Below are positions 18,706 through 29,387 of a stretch of 64,000 bases of DNA, one piece after another. The stretch spans positions 43,962 to 107,961 of the forward strand of contig CAIQOK010000034.1 in the NCBI GenBank assembly GCA_903873415.1. Direction: 5' to 3'. Numbering within the stretch: the stretch's first letter is position 1; each line of letters opens with the position of its first letter. Made by a program: the position numbers and the translations under genes. Origin of the DNA: an uncultured Verrucomicrobiota bacterium. GTDB taxonomy: Bacteria; Verrucomicrobiota; Verrucomicrobiia; Limisphaerales; CAIQOK01. The notes under the pieces were generated by a model. The model did not search any database. It was not told the origin of the DNA and saw only the letters and a list, made by a program, of their open reading frames with translations.

Positions 18706-21225
18706 ATGAATAGAAATCACTTCTGGAAACTCGTCGTCATTCTTGGACTCCTCGCATGGTCGGCTTTTGAAATGTATCCGCCCAAGGCGCGGGATCTGGT
18801 GGAGTATTTCAGCAAGCGTGGCGTGAACCGGGATGAGGCCTTCAAAGGCATTGTCGGTCGCGCCCAGGAAATGCAGAAAAAGCTGCCTGAGCGAGCCTAT
18901 GGCAACCTCCAAGACGCCATCGCCACCAACGATTTGGCCCGTTATTTCCCCTTCTTCGACGCCAAGAATGAGGCCCATCCCACCACCTATGTTCTCAACC
19001 GCCTGCAGCGCGAGGCTGCCGGCAAAATCAAGCTCGGCCTTGATCTTCAGGGCGGCACAGCCTTTCTGGTCGAACTGGACACCAACCGTCTTGAGCGTGC
19101 GGTCGACACGAAGCTGGCCGTTTCCCAAGCCATGGAGGTTCTCCGCAAGCGCGTTGATAAGTTTGGCGTGGCCGAGCCTGTGATCCAGCCGGAGGGTGAC
19201 AACCGGATTTTGATCCAGCTGCCGGGGCTTTCCGAGGAGGTTCAAGCCAATGCCAAGGACACCATCCAGAAAGTGGCCTACCTCGAGTTTCGCATGGTGC
19301 ATGAAAAGAGCACCGAGCTTCTGGCCCAAGGATTGATGGCCCCCGGCTGCGAAGTCCTGACCCATGTTGAAACATCCCAGACCGGGGTGAAAAAAGCCGA
19401 GAAATATCTCGTGAAACGCCGCCCCGAAATGGTCGGCGGCATTAAGATGGCCCAAGTAACCCGCGACAATGTGGGCCGTCCGGAAATCGCCTTCACCTTG
19501 GATCCCAAGGCCGCAGACACCTTTGCCAAAATCACCCGCGACAATGTCGGCCACCAGCTGGCCATCGTGCTCGACGGCGAGCTGCAGACCGCTCCTGTCA
19601 TCCGGACTGCCATCGAGGGCGGCAGCGGTGTGATCCAAGGCGACTACACCGAGTTGCAGGCGTTTGGTTTGGCCAATGTTTTGGAAAACCCCCTGAAGAC
19701 TCCCGTTCATATCATCAGCCAGAATGACGTTGATCCCACCCTCGGTAAGGACTCCATCGCCAGCGGTATCCGCGCATCGATCTACGGTGTCATCGCTGTT
19801 TCTGCGTTCATGATGGTTTATTATCTGCTGGCCGGCTTGGTGGCTAACGTGGCCCTGATCTGCAACATCATTATTCTCCTCGGAGTCATGTGTTCCATCG
19901 GAACCACCCTTACACTGCCCGGTATCGCCGGCGTCGTTCTTACGATTGGCATGGCGGTGGACGCCAACGTGCTGATTTTCGAACGCATTCGCGAGGAGGC
20001 TGCCAAGGGCAAGTCTCTGCGCGGCGCATTACAGGCCGGTTACGACCGCGCCTTCGGAACCATCTTCGATTCCCACGTCACCACACTCATTTCCTCCATC
20101 ATCCTCATCAATATGGGAACGGGCTCCGTCAAGGGCTTCGGCGTTTCGTTGACCATCGGTGTGGCGGCGAGCCTGTTCACCGCCCTGGTGGTGACCCGGT
20201 TGATATTCGACTATCTCATCGCAAAAAACATTCTCAAGACTTTACCCATGCTTCATTTCATCAAGTCCACCAAGCTGGACTTCATGAAGCTGGCTGTCCC
20301 CGCCTTCATGGCTTCCTGGCTGCTAATCATCGCTGGCAACAGCTATGGACTGTTTGTCCGCGGCCACAACGTTCTCGGAGTGGAACTCACCGGCGGTGAC
20401 ACCATCACCATGAGCTTTGACCAGCAACACAAGATCGGCGTGGACAAAGTGCGCGAGGCGGCGACCAAGGTCAGCTCCGGCGATGTGCTGGTCTCTTATC
20501 AGCACGACATCGGCACCTCCACCGATACCCTTCGGGTCACGGTGCGCAACACCGCCGACACCAAGGCTGGGGAGGGCGTGAGCTCCAAGGTGGCTTCCTC
20601 GCTCAAGCAAGTCTTCCCCGAATCCAAGTTCAAGGTCATCGGCACCGACCACGTCGGTCCCACCGTGGGTCAGGAGATTCAAGAGACGGCGATTCTAGCA
20701 TCGCTACTGGCCATGTTTGGCATATTGATCTACGTCGCCTTCCGCTACGAGTTCTCCTTCGCGGTGGGTGCGGTGGTGGCAATCATTCATGACGTGCTCA
20801 TGACCCTGGGCTGCTATTTCCTGGCAGGTCGGGAACTCAACGCGACCACTGTCGCCGCCATCTTGACTATCATTGGCTTCTCTATCAATGACACCATCGT
20901 GATCTTCGACCGGATCCGTGAGGATTTGAAGCTGGGCGTGCGCGGATCGTTCCGGGAACTGATGAACCAGGCGCTAAACCAGACGCTGAGCCGGACCCTG
21001 ATCACCTCCGGCACGGTGCTTCTTGCCACGGCTGCTCTTTACATCTTCGGCGGTGGACCCATTAATGATTTCGCCTTCACATTTCTGGTGGGCATCATCA
21101 CCGGCACTTACTCATCCATCTATATTGCCAGCGCAATCGTCCTCTGGTGGCACAAGGGCCAGCGGCCCAAGATTGGCACCGGACAAGTGGCGGTGGAAGG
21201 CCAACCTTCCCCCGCCAAGCCCTAG
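18706..21225 (+). CDS. secDF: fused protein-export membrane protein SecD/SecF
   Basis: 839 aa. The SecD periplasmic domain and 6 TM helices are followed by a SecF-like second 6-TM unit (...LGVELTGGDTITM...FSINDTIVIFDRIRE...). Confidence 0.95.
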   Translation: MNRNHFWKLVVILGLLAWSAFEMYPPKARDLVEYFSKRGVNRDEAFKGIVGRAQEMQKKLPERAYGNLQDAIATNDLARYFPFFDAKNEAHPTTYVLNRLQREAAGKIKLGLDLQGGTAFLVELDTNRLERAVDTKLAVSQAMEVLRKRVDKFGVAEPVIQPEGDNRILIQLPGLSEEVQANAKDTIQKVAYLEFRMVHEKSTELLAQGLMAPGCEVLTHVETSQTGVKKAEKYLVKRRPEMVGGIKMAQVTRDNVGRPEIAFTLDPKAADTFAKITRDNVGHQLAIVLDGELQTAPVIRTAIEGGSGVIQGDYTELQAFGLANVLENPLKTPVHIISQNDVDPTLGKDSIASGIRASIYGVIAVSAFMMVYYLLAGLVANVALICNIIILLGVMCSIGTTLTLPGIAGVVLTIGMAVDANVLIFERIREEAAKGKSLRGALQAGYDRAFGTIFDSHVTTLISSIILINMGTGSVKGFGVSLTIGVAASLFTALVVTRLIFDYLIAKNILKTLPMLHFIKSTKLDFMKLAVPAFMASWLLIIAGNSYGLFVRGHNVLGVELTGGDTITMSFDQQHKIGVDKVREAATKVSSGDVLVSYQHDIGTSTDTLRVTVRNTADTKAGEGVSSKVASSLKQVFPESKFKVIGTDHVGPTVGQEIQETAILASLLAMFGILIYVAFRYEFSFAVGAVVAIIHDVLMTLGCYFLAGRELNATTVAAILTIIGFSINDTIVIFDRIREDLKLGVRGSFRELMNQALNQTLSRTLITSGTVLLATAALYIFGGGPINDFAFTFLVGIITGTYSSIYIASAIVLWWHKGQRPKIGTGQVAVEGQPSPAKP

Positions 21226-21234
21226 CCGGCAAGC

Positions 21235-22215
21235 ATGCCTGCGGTCATTGTAATCGGTCTCTGGCATTGGGTCGGTTTCATCGCATGCGTGCTTGTCTTT
21301 CTGGCCTTAGACTTGGGGGTGCTTCACCGCCAAGCCCATGTTGTAAGGTTTCGTGAGGCTCTGACTTGGAGCATCGCTTGGTTCACCCTGGCGATGCTCT
21401 TTGCTTTAGCGCTCAAACCTCTGCGCGGGGGGGGCGAATCGATTGAATTTCTAACGGGATATTTCATCGAGCTTTCGCTCTCGATGGATAACGTCTTCGT
21501 CATCTCACTGATTTTCTCCTACTTCAAAATTCCCGGCCGGCTCCAGCACCGGGTTCTTTTTTGGGGTATCCTCGGCGCTTTGGTGATGCGCGGGACGCTC
21601 ATCGGGTTGGGGGTGGCCCTCATTGTGCGACTTCAATGGATTCTATATGCGCTGGGGGCGTTCCTCATTTATAGCGGGGCTAAAATGTGTTTCGCCGGGA
21701 CTGAGGTTGAACCCGCCAAAAATCCCATTCTTCGGCTTACCCGGAAATTATATCCTGTTTCCCCCGGCTTGGATGGACAGAAGTTCACCACCGTTTGGAA
21801 TGGTCGAAAGGCCCTGACACCCCTTGCCTTGGTATTGGTGCTGGTGGAAACCACCGACTTGATATTTGCGGCCGACTCCATTCCCGCCATTTTCGCTGTC
21901 ACCACGAAACCTTTCATCGTCTTCACCTCCAATGTGTTTGCCCTTCTGGGCCTGCGCTCACTTTATTTCGTGTTGGCCGGGGCCATCGGCTTGTTCCGTT
22001 TCCTCAAATACGGACTCTCCCTCGTTCTGGTCTTTGTTGGCGTGAAGATGCTAATTGACCCGCATGCCCGTCAACCGCTTTGGTTCCAGTACGACATACC
22101 GGATGGGGCCGCCCTTTCCGTGGTGCTCGGTATTATTTTGGTCTCGATCACCCTTTCCTTGATTCAATCCAGAAAAACTGCTGTGGACAAGCCTCCGTTC
22201 GGTGAGGGAGGATGA
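21235..22215 (+). CDS. TerC-family integral membrane protein
   Basis: 326 aa, polytopic. ...FLTGYFIELSLSMDNVFVI... and ...ETTDLIFAADSIPAIFAVT... are the duplicated TerC motifs. Confidence 0.85.
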   Translation: MPAVIVIGLWHWVGFIACVLVFLALDLGVLHRQAHVVRFREALTWSIAWFTLAMLFALALKPLRGGGESIEFLTGYFIELSLSMDNVFVISLIFSYFKIPGRLQHRVLFWGILGALVMRGTLIGLGVALIVRLQWILYALGAFLIYSGAKMCFAGTEVEPAKNPILRLTRKLYPVSPGLDGQKFTTVWNGRKALTPLALVLVLVETTDLIFAADSIPAIFAVTTKPFIVFTSNVFALLGLRSLYFVLAGAIGLFRFLKYGLSLVLVFVGVKMLIDPHARQPLWFQYDIPDGAALSVVLGIILVSITLSLIQSRKTAVDKPPFGEGG

Positions 22216-22248
22216 ATTGCCGGAGGGGAGTCCTCCTGCGCCCAAGGT

Positions 22249-22890
22249 ATGCACCAACCACTTTCAGAAATGCTTTCCGCGATATTGTGCGAGGAAGTGG
22301 CGCCGCCCGGCCTCTCGCTCAACCGTCTGCTGCAGCGCACTCAGGCTCGTGGAAGCTACCTCTTCATCATCCTCCTGTGCCTGCCCTTTGTGGTTCCAGT
22401 TGCTCTGCCGGGCTTGAGCACGCTGATGGGCGGTATCATAGGCATACTCTCACTCCAGCTTGCCTTGGGGCAGTCGACCCGGCTGCCCTCTTTTTTAGGT
22501 GAGCGCGTGATTTCACCCGGCAGCGCCTCCAAGCTGCTTGGTGGCAGCATTCGATTCCTGCGGGTGCTCGAGAGGGTTATCAAGCCGCGGCGCACGGCCT
22601 GGCTGGGTTCAACTCCGGCCCGCACCCTCAACGCCCTCCTCATCGCCGCATTGGCCTGTCTCTTGGCTTTGCCCCTGCCATCGCCTCCGTTTTTTTTCTC
22701 CAACTCCCTCCCTGGCTACGCCATCATCCTCATCGCTGCCAGCATGATGGAGGAGGACGGCGTCTTGATCTGGGTCGGTTACGCCTGCGTCGTCGCCAAC
22801 CTTGTCTTCTTCGGACTTATCGCCGGATTGGTTCTCCATCTCCTTGCGCATGGCTGGCAGTCTGTTCTCAAATTGCTTTCCGGCTCATGA
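22249..22890 (+). CDS. ExoD-family (exopolysaccharide synthesis) membrane protein
   Basis: 213 aa. ...RGSYLFIILLCLPFVVPVALPGLSTLMGGIIGILSLQLALG... is ExoD-like. Its stop overlaps the recJ start (ATGA at 22887-22890). Confidence 0.65.
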   Translation: MHQPLSEMLSAILCEEVAPPGLSLNRLLQRTQARGSYLFIILLCLPFVVPVALPGLSTLMGGIIGILSLQLALGQSTRLPSFLGERVISPGSASKLLGGSIRFLRVLERVIKPRRTAWLGSTPARTLNALLIAALACLLALPLPSPPFFFSNSLPGYAIILIAASMMEEDGVLIWVGYACVVANLVFFGLIAGLVLHLLAHGWQSVLKLLSGS

Positions 22891-24617
22891 AATACCGTTG
22901 GTCCCCAGCCCTTCCTCAACCGCTACCCGCAGGTCAACTGGTCCGAAAACTGGCGGTTTCCCCGCTGCTCGCCCAGTGCCTCATCAACCGCGGGCATTGC
23001 GATCCCGACCTCATAGCCGGCTTTCTCACCCCGCGGCTCAAACAGCTTGCTGATCCTTTTGCCCTGCCCAACATGGTGGCCGCCGTTGACCGCCTGTTTC
23101 AGGCCCGTGAACGCGGCGAATCCTTGGTTGTCTTCGGGGATTACGATGTGGATGGCGTAACATCCACCGCGTTGCTTTCCGAGGTCCTCGGTAGACTGGG
23201 GTGGGTTGTTAACAGCTATCTCCCGCATCGCCTCGATGAGGGATATGGACTGAGTCAAGATGGAGTGGAGAATTGTCTGAGGAAATTTCCCACCACACTT
23301 CTCCTTGCGGTGGACTGCGGTTCCACGGCCGTGGACTCCATCGATTGGCTCAAGCAACAGGGCGTGGACGTGATTGTTCTGGATCACCATCAGGTGTCGA
23401 GTCCCGCTCCGGCGGCTGCGGCCTTGGTCAACCCCCAACTCCTCAATTTTTCCAACGCGCGCAAGCCCGGTGCTTTCACCGAGTTGTGTTCCGCCGGTCT
23501 GGCTTTCAAACTTGCTCACGCCGTGGTCAAGCGCGGTCGCCAAACCGCGCTCCCCGGCGCGGCCGAGTTCGACCTCCGGCCCTGGCTCGATTTGGTGGCG
23601 CTGGGCACCATCGCCGATATCGTGCCGCTCACAGGTGAAAACCGTATCCTCGTTTCCGCCGGGCTGGAGCGATTGAATACCACTCAGCGGCCCGGTCTGT
23701 TGGCGTTGAAGGACGTGGCTCAAACTCAGTCCCCCATAGGCACCTATGAGGTTGGATTCCAGCTCGGGCCCCGGCTCAATGCTGCCGGTCGTCTGGAGAC
23801 CGCCGAGGAATCGCTGCAGTTGCTGCTGGCCACCCGTGAGGCCGAGGCCATGCCCCTTGCCCAAAAACTCGACGCCCGGAATCGCGAGCGTCAGAAGATC
23901 GAACGCACCATTGTCGATGAGGTTCTTGGAGCCATCCGCGCCAAATTCGATCCGGCAGCGGATTGGGTCATCGTGGAGGGACAGCTCCTCTGGCATGTCG
24001 GTGTCGTTGGGATTGTGGCATCCCGCGTTGTTCAGGAGTTCTACCGGCCCACCCTCATCATCGGCGGTGAAAATGGCGAGATGCGCGGATCGGGCCGCAG
24101 CATTGTTGGATTCGATCTCGCGGCAGCTCTTCGTGAGTGTGATGATCTTCTCATAAGGCATGGAGGTCATGCTATGGCCGCAGGCGTGAGCGTTGCGCCG
24201 GAGAAGATTGACGCCTTGCGCAAACGGCTCAATGACATTGCCCGCCGCTCCCTCAAGACTGCTGATCTGCTGCCCCCTCTGCGTTTGGATGCCGAGGTTG
24301 GTTTGGAGGAAATCAGCCTGGAAAGTCTGAAGGAACTGGACCGCCTCAAACCGACCGGGCAGGGGAATCCGGGAGTTCAGTTTTTCGCCCGGGCTCTCAC
24401 CCATCAGCGTCCGCTCCAGCGTATGGGGGCGGATCGTCAGCATGTGAAACTCTGGGTGACCGATGGCGTTGCCACCCATGAGGCGGTCTGGTGGAATGGG
24501 GGCGAAAAATCCCTGCCGGTGGGGAGATTCGATCTTGCCTTTGCTCCTGTGGTGAATGAATTCAACGGCCGAAGTTCGGTTCAGTTGAAGGTTCTCGACT
24601 GGCGCCCTGCTGCTTGA
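22887..24617 (+). CDS. recJ: single-stranded-DNA-specific exonuclease RecJ
   Basis: 576 aa. DHH-family motifs (VFGDYDVDGVTS, LAVDCGS, VIVLDHHQ), the DHHA1 motif GGHAMAAG, and a C-terminal OB-like region. Confidence 0.95.
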   Translation: MKYRWSPALPQPLPAGQLVRKLAVSPLLAQCLINRGHCDPDLIAGFLTPRLKQLADPFALPNMVAAVDRLFQARERGESLVVFGDYDVDGVTSTALLSEVLGRLGWVVNSYLPHRLDEGYGLSQDGVENCLRKFPTTLLLAVDCGSTAVDSIDWLKQQGVDVIVLDHHQVSSPAPAAAALVNPQLLNFSNARKPGAFTELCSAGLAFKLAHAVVKRGRQTALPGAAEFDLRPWLDLVALGTIADIVPLTGENRILVSAGLERLNTTQRPGLLALKDVAQTQSPIGTYEVGFQLGPRLNAAGRLETAEESLQLLLATREAEAMPLAQKLDARNRERQKIERTIVDEVLGAIRAKFDPAADWVIVEGQLLWHVGVVGIVASRVVQEFYRPTLIIGGENGEMRGSGRSIVGFDLAAALRECDDLLIRHGGHAMAAGVSVAPEKIDALRKRLNDIARRSLKTADLLPPLRLDAEVGLEEISLESLKELDRLKPTGQGNPGVQFFARALTHQRPLQRMGADRQHVKLWVTDGVATHEAVWWNGGEKSLPVGRFDLAFAPVVNEFNGRSSVQLKVLDWRPAA

Positions 24618-24696
24618 AACAAACAGGAGTTTCCCGGCCGCCATCACCTGCGCCTTTCGAGAGGCATGGAAACATCGCCCTCGCAGTTTTTGTTTT

Positions 24697-25455
24697 TCAA
24701 CTGATTAACAGCAGCCGCGGCGGTTGGCTTGGCAGCGTGTCCGGAGCGCGGTGGATGCAAGGAGGCACTGGACTTCCGGGATAGTCCACGGCGATGCGCC
24801 ACAGATTGCCCAAGCCGAAGGCAAAAGGCCTTGCTCCTGTCACAGGGGCGTAATGGAGATCGTAGCAGTTTTCATTCAGGTAGTTCCGGAAGCCCTCGCC
24901 ATCTTCACCTCCAAAGAGCTTGAGAAGCTGGGCGCGGGTCTCTGGAATATCCACACGCCGTCGCGCCTCGTCGTTCCGCAGGCCTTCACTTGCCGCTCCG
25001 TGGTAGGTGCAAAGATAGGTGTCGGCTTCAACCGTGGCGCTATCCGCGTGGAAGGAGAATACATCGGTCGGGACTGGGCCCGGCTCTTCGTCGCGAGGAT
25101 AGCCTTGGATGCAGTTCAGGACGGGGGCGAGATCGTGTTCCCGCAGCAACCGTAGGTCTGCGAGCATCATGTCGATGGCCACTTTGCCTGCATGATTCAT
25201 GGGGAGTGAGAGCAGTTGCGAATCCTCGAGTGTATGGATTCCTTCGATGCTGCCCAGATGCCGCACCACTTCGTGGAAATCTCCCGTCAATGCGCGCTGC
25301 CAGCAGAGCGCATTGATGCCGTCCCTGAAAGGGGTGGTGACAAGTTCAACGAAGCTTTGCACGTGCTTGATGCGGGTGTAGCCGGCTGGCAGGGAAAGAG
25401 GAATCATACGCGATACAAATTGACAAAGCCAGTCTTGGCCGGCCACGGATGGCAA
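24697..25455 (-). CDS. hypothetical protein (possibly DUF1826-like)
   Basis: 252 aa, soluble, with host-like codon usage. The C-terminal ...YPGSPVPPCIHRAP recalls DUF1826 from memory only. The start is uncertain (alternative M17 at 25407). Confidence 0.45.
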   Translation of the reverse strand: MPSVAGQDWLCQFVSRMIPLSLPAGYTRIKHVQSFVELVTTPFRDGINALCWQRALTGDFHEVVRHLGSIEGIHTLEDSQLLSLPMNHAGKVAIDMMLADLRLLREHDLAPVLNCIQGYPRDEEPGPVPTDVFSFHADSATVEADTYLCTYHGAASEGLRNDEARRRVDIPETRAQLLKLFGGEDGEGFRNYLNENCYDLHYAPVTGARPFAFGLGNLWRIAVDYPGSPVPPCIHRAPDTLPSQPPRLLLIS

Positions 25456-25768
25456 TTTGGAATGTAGCGATTCTGTCGGCCTGCGGCAACAACTTCGCCC
25501 GGATCCCGTTGGTCAGCGCCGGACATCACTGACAATGATGGATGCTCAGACCGGAGGGGTTGGCACTTCTGAGGTCGTGCGTTGCAGGAGCCATAAACCT
25601 TGTCAATTCGTGCTTTCAGTTGCCCGGGTGTCTGTGCTGCCGCATCGCCTCGGTTCGGGGCTTGGCCTTGCAACGGTGACATGTTTCCGACTCGCATTTC
25701 GGATCATGGTGATGGTGCCAAGGGCGGTTGCGATTTACGCGGGGCGGGCGGTTTGTTAGGGTGGAAAG

Positions 25769-26638
25769 ATGAACTGGAGAGAGAGTGGACAATTTTTGAC
25801 GCAGCCCCTTGTGACCTTGGGGAAGGCGACGGTGTCGCTGGCGAACTTGATTGAGTTTGTTGTCATCATCGCGCTTGTGCTCGCGGCTTCTAGGGTGACG
25901 AGGCAGGTGCTGCGTTATCGGGTGTTGCCGCGCACAAAACTGGAAGCCGGATTGCAGTATGCCATAGCGCGAATCGTAGGCTACGTGGTGTTGGTTTTCG
26001 GGTTTGTGATCGGGCTGGAGACGCTGGGGGTGGACTTGAGTTCGTTCAAGGTCGTCGCCGGGGCGCTGAGCCTGGGGATCGGGTTCGGGTTGCAGAATAT
26101 CGTCAACAACTTCATCAGCGGCCTGATCATTCTGGCGGAGCGGCCCATTCAAATGGGTGACCGGGTGGATTTGGGATCGGCTGTTGGCCGGATCACGCGG
26201 ATTGGGGCCCGGAGCACCTCCGTGCTTACCAACGACAACATCATCATCATTGTGCCCAACGCGGAATTTGTGTCGAACCGGGTTACGAACTGGACGTTGG
26301 TGGACTCGAAGGTGCGGTTTTCCATACCGATTGGCGTGGCATACGGAAGCGATGTGCGGGTGGTGGAGAGGTTGTTGCTGGAGGCGGCGGCGGCCAATCC
26401 GCATGTGCTGAAGGATCCGGTACCGTCGGCGAACCTGCAGGAGTTTGGCAACAGCGCAATCAATTTTCTTTTGCGCGTCTGGAGCTCCGATTTGGTTCAT
26501 TCGCCCGAGCGCCTTCGCAGCCAGTTGAACTTTGCCATCTGGGACAAGTTCAAGCAGGCGGGCATCGAAATCCCGTTCCCGCAGAGCGAACTGCATGTTA
26601 AGGAACCGATCCGAATCGAGCTGAAACGGGAGGCGTGA
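25769..26638 (+). CDS. small-conductance mechanosensitive channel (MscS family)
   Basis: 289 aa. Three N-terminal TM helices, then ...GFGLQNIVNNFISGLIILAERPIQMGDRV...TNWT... is the canonical MscS core. Confidence 0.9.
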   Translation: MNWRESGQFLTQPLVTLGKATVSLANLIEFVVIIALVLAASRVTRQVLRYRVLPRTKLEAGLQYAIARIVGYVVLVFGFVIGLETLGVDLSSFKVVAGALSLGIGFGLQNIVNNFISGLIILAERPIQMGDRVDLGSAVGRITRIGARSTSVLTNDNIIIIVPNAEFVSNRVTNWTLVDSKVRFSIPIGVAYGSDVRVVERLLLEAAAANPHVLKDPVPSANLQEFGNSAINFLLRVWSSDLVHSPERLRSQLNFAIWDKFKQAGIEIPFPQSELHVKEPIRIELKREA

Positions 26639-26819
26639 CGCTCGCGCCAGCTCCTCCGCAACGAAGGCCCATATGATAAACCAAACAACGCGGACATGCT
26701 CCGTAACGGCGTTTTTTCCAGCCTTGCGGTCGTCTTCCGACATGCTCCGGTTCAGATGTTCAACCGCTATGCATTATCCTTCCAGCCGGAGTTTGTGCCG
26801 GTAGGACTCTTTCTATTTC

Positions 26820-28301
26820 ATGTCCATGCCTTCTGAGACTTTTTCCCGACTTTCGGGTTGGAATTTTGACAACTCCTACGCGCGCCTGCCGGAAATTTTC
26901 CACGCCCGGGTCAACCCCACTCCGGTCGCTGAACCGCGTCTCGTAATCCTCAACCGCTCCCTTGCCCGATCCCTCGGCTTGGACCCCGCCGCCCTTGAAG
27001 GCCCGGATGCAGCCACTTTTTTCTCGGGAAACAGGATTCTTCCCGGCGCCGAGCCGATCGCACAGGCTTATGCCGGACACCAATTCGGGAATCTTGCCCG
27101 CCTCGGCGACGGACGAGCCATTCTGTTGGGGGAACACCGGACGCCCTCCGGTGAGCGGTTCGACATTCAGTTGAAGGGTTCCGGTCCCACGCCCTATTCC
27201 CGCCGGGGTGATGGCCGCGCCGCTCTGGCTCCCATGCTGCGTGAATACCTGATCAGCGAGTCCATGCAGGCGCTCGGAATCCCCTCCACCCGCAGCCTCG
27301 CGGTGACAACGACCGGCGAGCCGGTCTTTCGCGAACAAATTCTTCCCGGCGCGATCCTGACCCGTGTTGCCTCCAGCCACATCCGGGTTGGCACCTTCGA
27401 ATACTTCGCCGCCCTGGGTGAGGTCAACGCGCTGCGACTTTTGGCCGATCACACGCTCAGGCGCCACTTCCCAGATCGGATGGAGTCCGATAACCCCGCG
27501 CTTGCACTTCTGGAGGAGGTGATGGAACGCCAGGCATCCCTCATGGCTCAATGGTTTCGGGTTGGATTCGTGCACGGCGTGATGAACACCGATAATATGG
27601 CGTTATCCGGCGAAACTCTTGACTATGGTCCCTGCGCATTCATCAATGCCTATGATCCGGCGACGGTGTTCAGTTCCATTGATCATCAGGGCCGTTATGC
27701 ATTCGGTCAGCAAGCCCGGATTGCCGCCTGGAATCTCGCCCGGCTTGCGGAAGCGTTGTTGCCTCTCCTACACAGGGAACCGGAGATCGCCTTAGACCTG
27801 GCCAACGGGGCGCTGGAATCCTTCCATACTCGTTTTCAGCGCTACTGGCTCGCCGCCCTGCGGGCCAAGCTGGGACTCTTCAATGCCGAAACGGAAGACG
27901 CTGATCTCGCCGACGAACTGCTCCGCGGCATGCATCAGGCCGGTGCCGACTATACTTGCTTTTTCCGGAACCTCTCCAAAAGCACTGACTCCAAGCTCGA
28001 CTCTCCCTTGGGCGGTGCATTCACAGAGTGGCGGGCGCGTTGGGCTCAGCGCCTGGTCCGGCAACCCCAGACATGGAGCGAATCCGTTCGCCTTATGAAC
28101 GAGAATAACCCTGCGGTGATTCCCCGGAATCATTTGGTCGAGGCGGCCTTGGACGCGGCCGTCAGCAGCAATGACCTTGCTCCCTTCGAGCGGATCCAGA
28201 CTGCTTTGTCCAAACCCTACGACGAGGCGGGTCAACCCGATGAATTGCGCAATCCGCCGCCACACGGGACTCCTGTTTGCCGCACCTTCTGTGGCACTTG
28301 A
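26820..28301 (+). CDS. selO: protein adenylyltransferase SelO (YdiU/UPF0061)
   Basis: 493 aa. ...YAGHQFG...GDGRA..LGE...DIQLKGSGPTPYSR.GDGRA...HGVMNTDNM... are SelO pseudokinase signatures. Confidence 0.9.
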   Translation: MSMPSETFSRLSGWNFDNSYARLPEIFHARVNPTPVAEPRLVILNRSLARSLGLDPAALEGPDAATFFSGNRILPGAEPIAQAYAGHQFGNLARLGDGRAILLGEHRTPSGERFDIQLKGSGPTPYSRRGDGRAALAPMLREYLISESMQALGIPSTRSLAVTTTGEPVFREQILPGAILTRVASSHIRVGTFEYFAALGEVNALRLLADHTLRRHFPDRMESDNPALALLEEVMERQASLMAQWFRVGFVHGVMNTDNMALSGETLDYGPCAFINAYDPATVFSSIDHQGRYAFGQQARIAAWNLARLAEALLPLLHREPEIALDLANGALESFHTRFQRYWLAALRAKLGLFNAETEDADLADELLRGMHQAGADYTCFFRNLSKSTDSKLDSPLGGAFTEWRARWAQRLVRQPQTWSESVRLMNENNPAVIPRNHLVEAALDAAVSSNDLAPFERIQTALSKPYDEAGQPDELRNPPPHGTPVCRTFCGT

Positions 28302-28578
28302 AAATCTGGGGCCAAACCAAAGCTACTCTCCGGTGGGCTTGTCCCGGCAGAGCTGCTCTCCTGGCAGATGTCTCTTCGAACGGCTCCCAACCCGGCGGCC
28401 AGCGGAGCTGGAACACTAGGCAGGAGCATTCTGAGAGCCTTTGACGCAGGCATTACCGTCGAAAACGTTGTTTGGCGCAGAGATGCCAAGAGATCCTTCG
28501 GGTCATCACCAAGGCGTTTCTGCCAGACACTTGGGGAACTGTTGCGCGTAGGCCGCGGCACGGTTACGATTTTCGTTC

Positions 28579-29292
28579 TTGAGCACAGAACAAAAAATTC
28601 GGACCGCAGCCATCATCGTTGCCGCCGGCAAGGGCACCCGAATGGGTCCCAATGTCGACAAGCTTTTCCTGGAACTCGCCGGCAAGCCCGTGGTTGTTCA
28701 TACCTGGCAAGTCTTCGCCGCTGCCCGCTGCGTGGATGAGATCATTATTGTCGTCCGGGACGGGATGCAGCCGGTCTTTGAAGGGTTGGCCAAACAGTTT
28801 CAGATCCGGAGCAATTTCCGGCTCGTCGTCGGTGGCAAGGAGCGTCAGGACTCGGTCTGGAACGGCTTGGAGGCCGTGTCTTCCGATGCGGGGTTCGTTG
28901 CCATTCAGGATGCCGCACGCCCCTGCACGAGCGAGGCTTTGATAGAGGCAACCCTGGCCGCTGCGCGTGAAACCGGCGCTGCCGTCGCCGCCCAGCCCGT
29001 CACCGATACCATCAAGGAATCTGCCGATGGCAAGCTGGTGGATCGCACGCTGGACCGGTCGAAACTGTGGGCGGTGCAAACCCCGCAGATCTTTCGTCTG
29101 GAAATCCTCCGGTGCGCCCTCTCCGAAGTCCGGCTGCGGAACCTGATGGTCACCGATGACACCGCTGCGTGCGAATTGATCGGTCAGCCGGTGCGGTTGG
29201 TGGCAAGCACCGATCCGAATCCGAAGGTGACCCGGGCCGAGGATTTGCCCTACATTGAAATGCTACTGCGGCGGGGCCCGGCCAGCCGCTGA
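28579..29292 (+). CDS. ispD: 2-C-methyl-D-erythritol 4-phosphate cytidylyltransferase
   Basis: 237 aa with a TTG start. AAIIVAAGKGTRMG, ...IQDAARP... and ...VQTPQIF... motifs. Confidence 0.9.
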   Translation: MSTEQKIRTAAIIVAAGKGTRMGPNVDKLFLELAGKPVVVHTWQVFAAARCVDEIIIVVRDGMQPVFEGLAKQFQIRSNFRLVVGGKERQDSVWNGLEAVSSDAGFVAIQDAARPCTSEALIEATLAAARETGAAVAAQPVTDTIKESADGKLVDRTLDRSKLWAVQTPQIFRLEILRCALSEVRLRNLMVTDDTAACELIGQPVRLVASTDPNPKVTRAEDLPYIEMLLRRGPASR

Positions 29293-29387
29293 GCGGGTTT
29301 GTTTGCCGCGGCGGGTGGCGCCGGGTTGGCGCTCCTTGCAAAGACTTCTTCGGCCCCCTATTGTCAGGTGCAGTTGATTTGATTGTT

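Noticed and set aside
21226-21234. A yybP-ykoY (Mn) riboswitch expected upstream of the TerC-family gene.
   Set aside because: The gene starts 9 nt after the secDF stop, so there is no leader to hold a riboswitch.
28302-28578. Possible small gene or TA remnant in the selO-ispD gap (109-aa minus ORF 28232-28561, 123-aa plus ORF 28368-28739).
   Set aside because: Both ORFs overlap real genes, are Arg/Ser/Pro-rich, and show no motif or signal. The gap is treated as non-coding.
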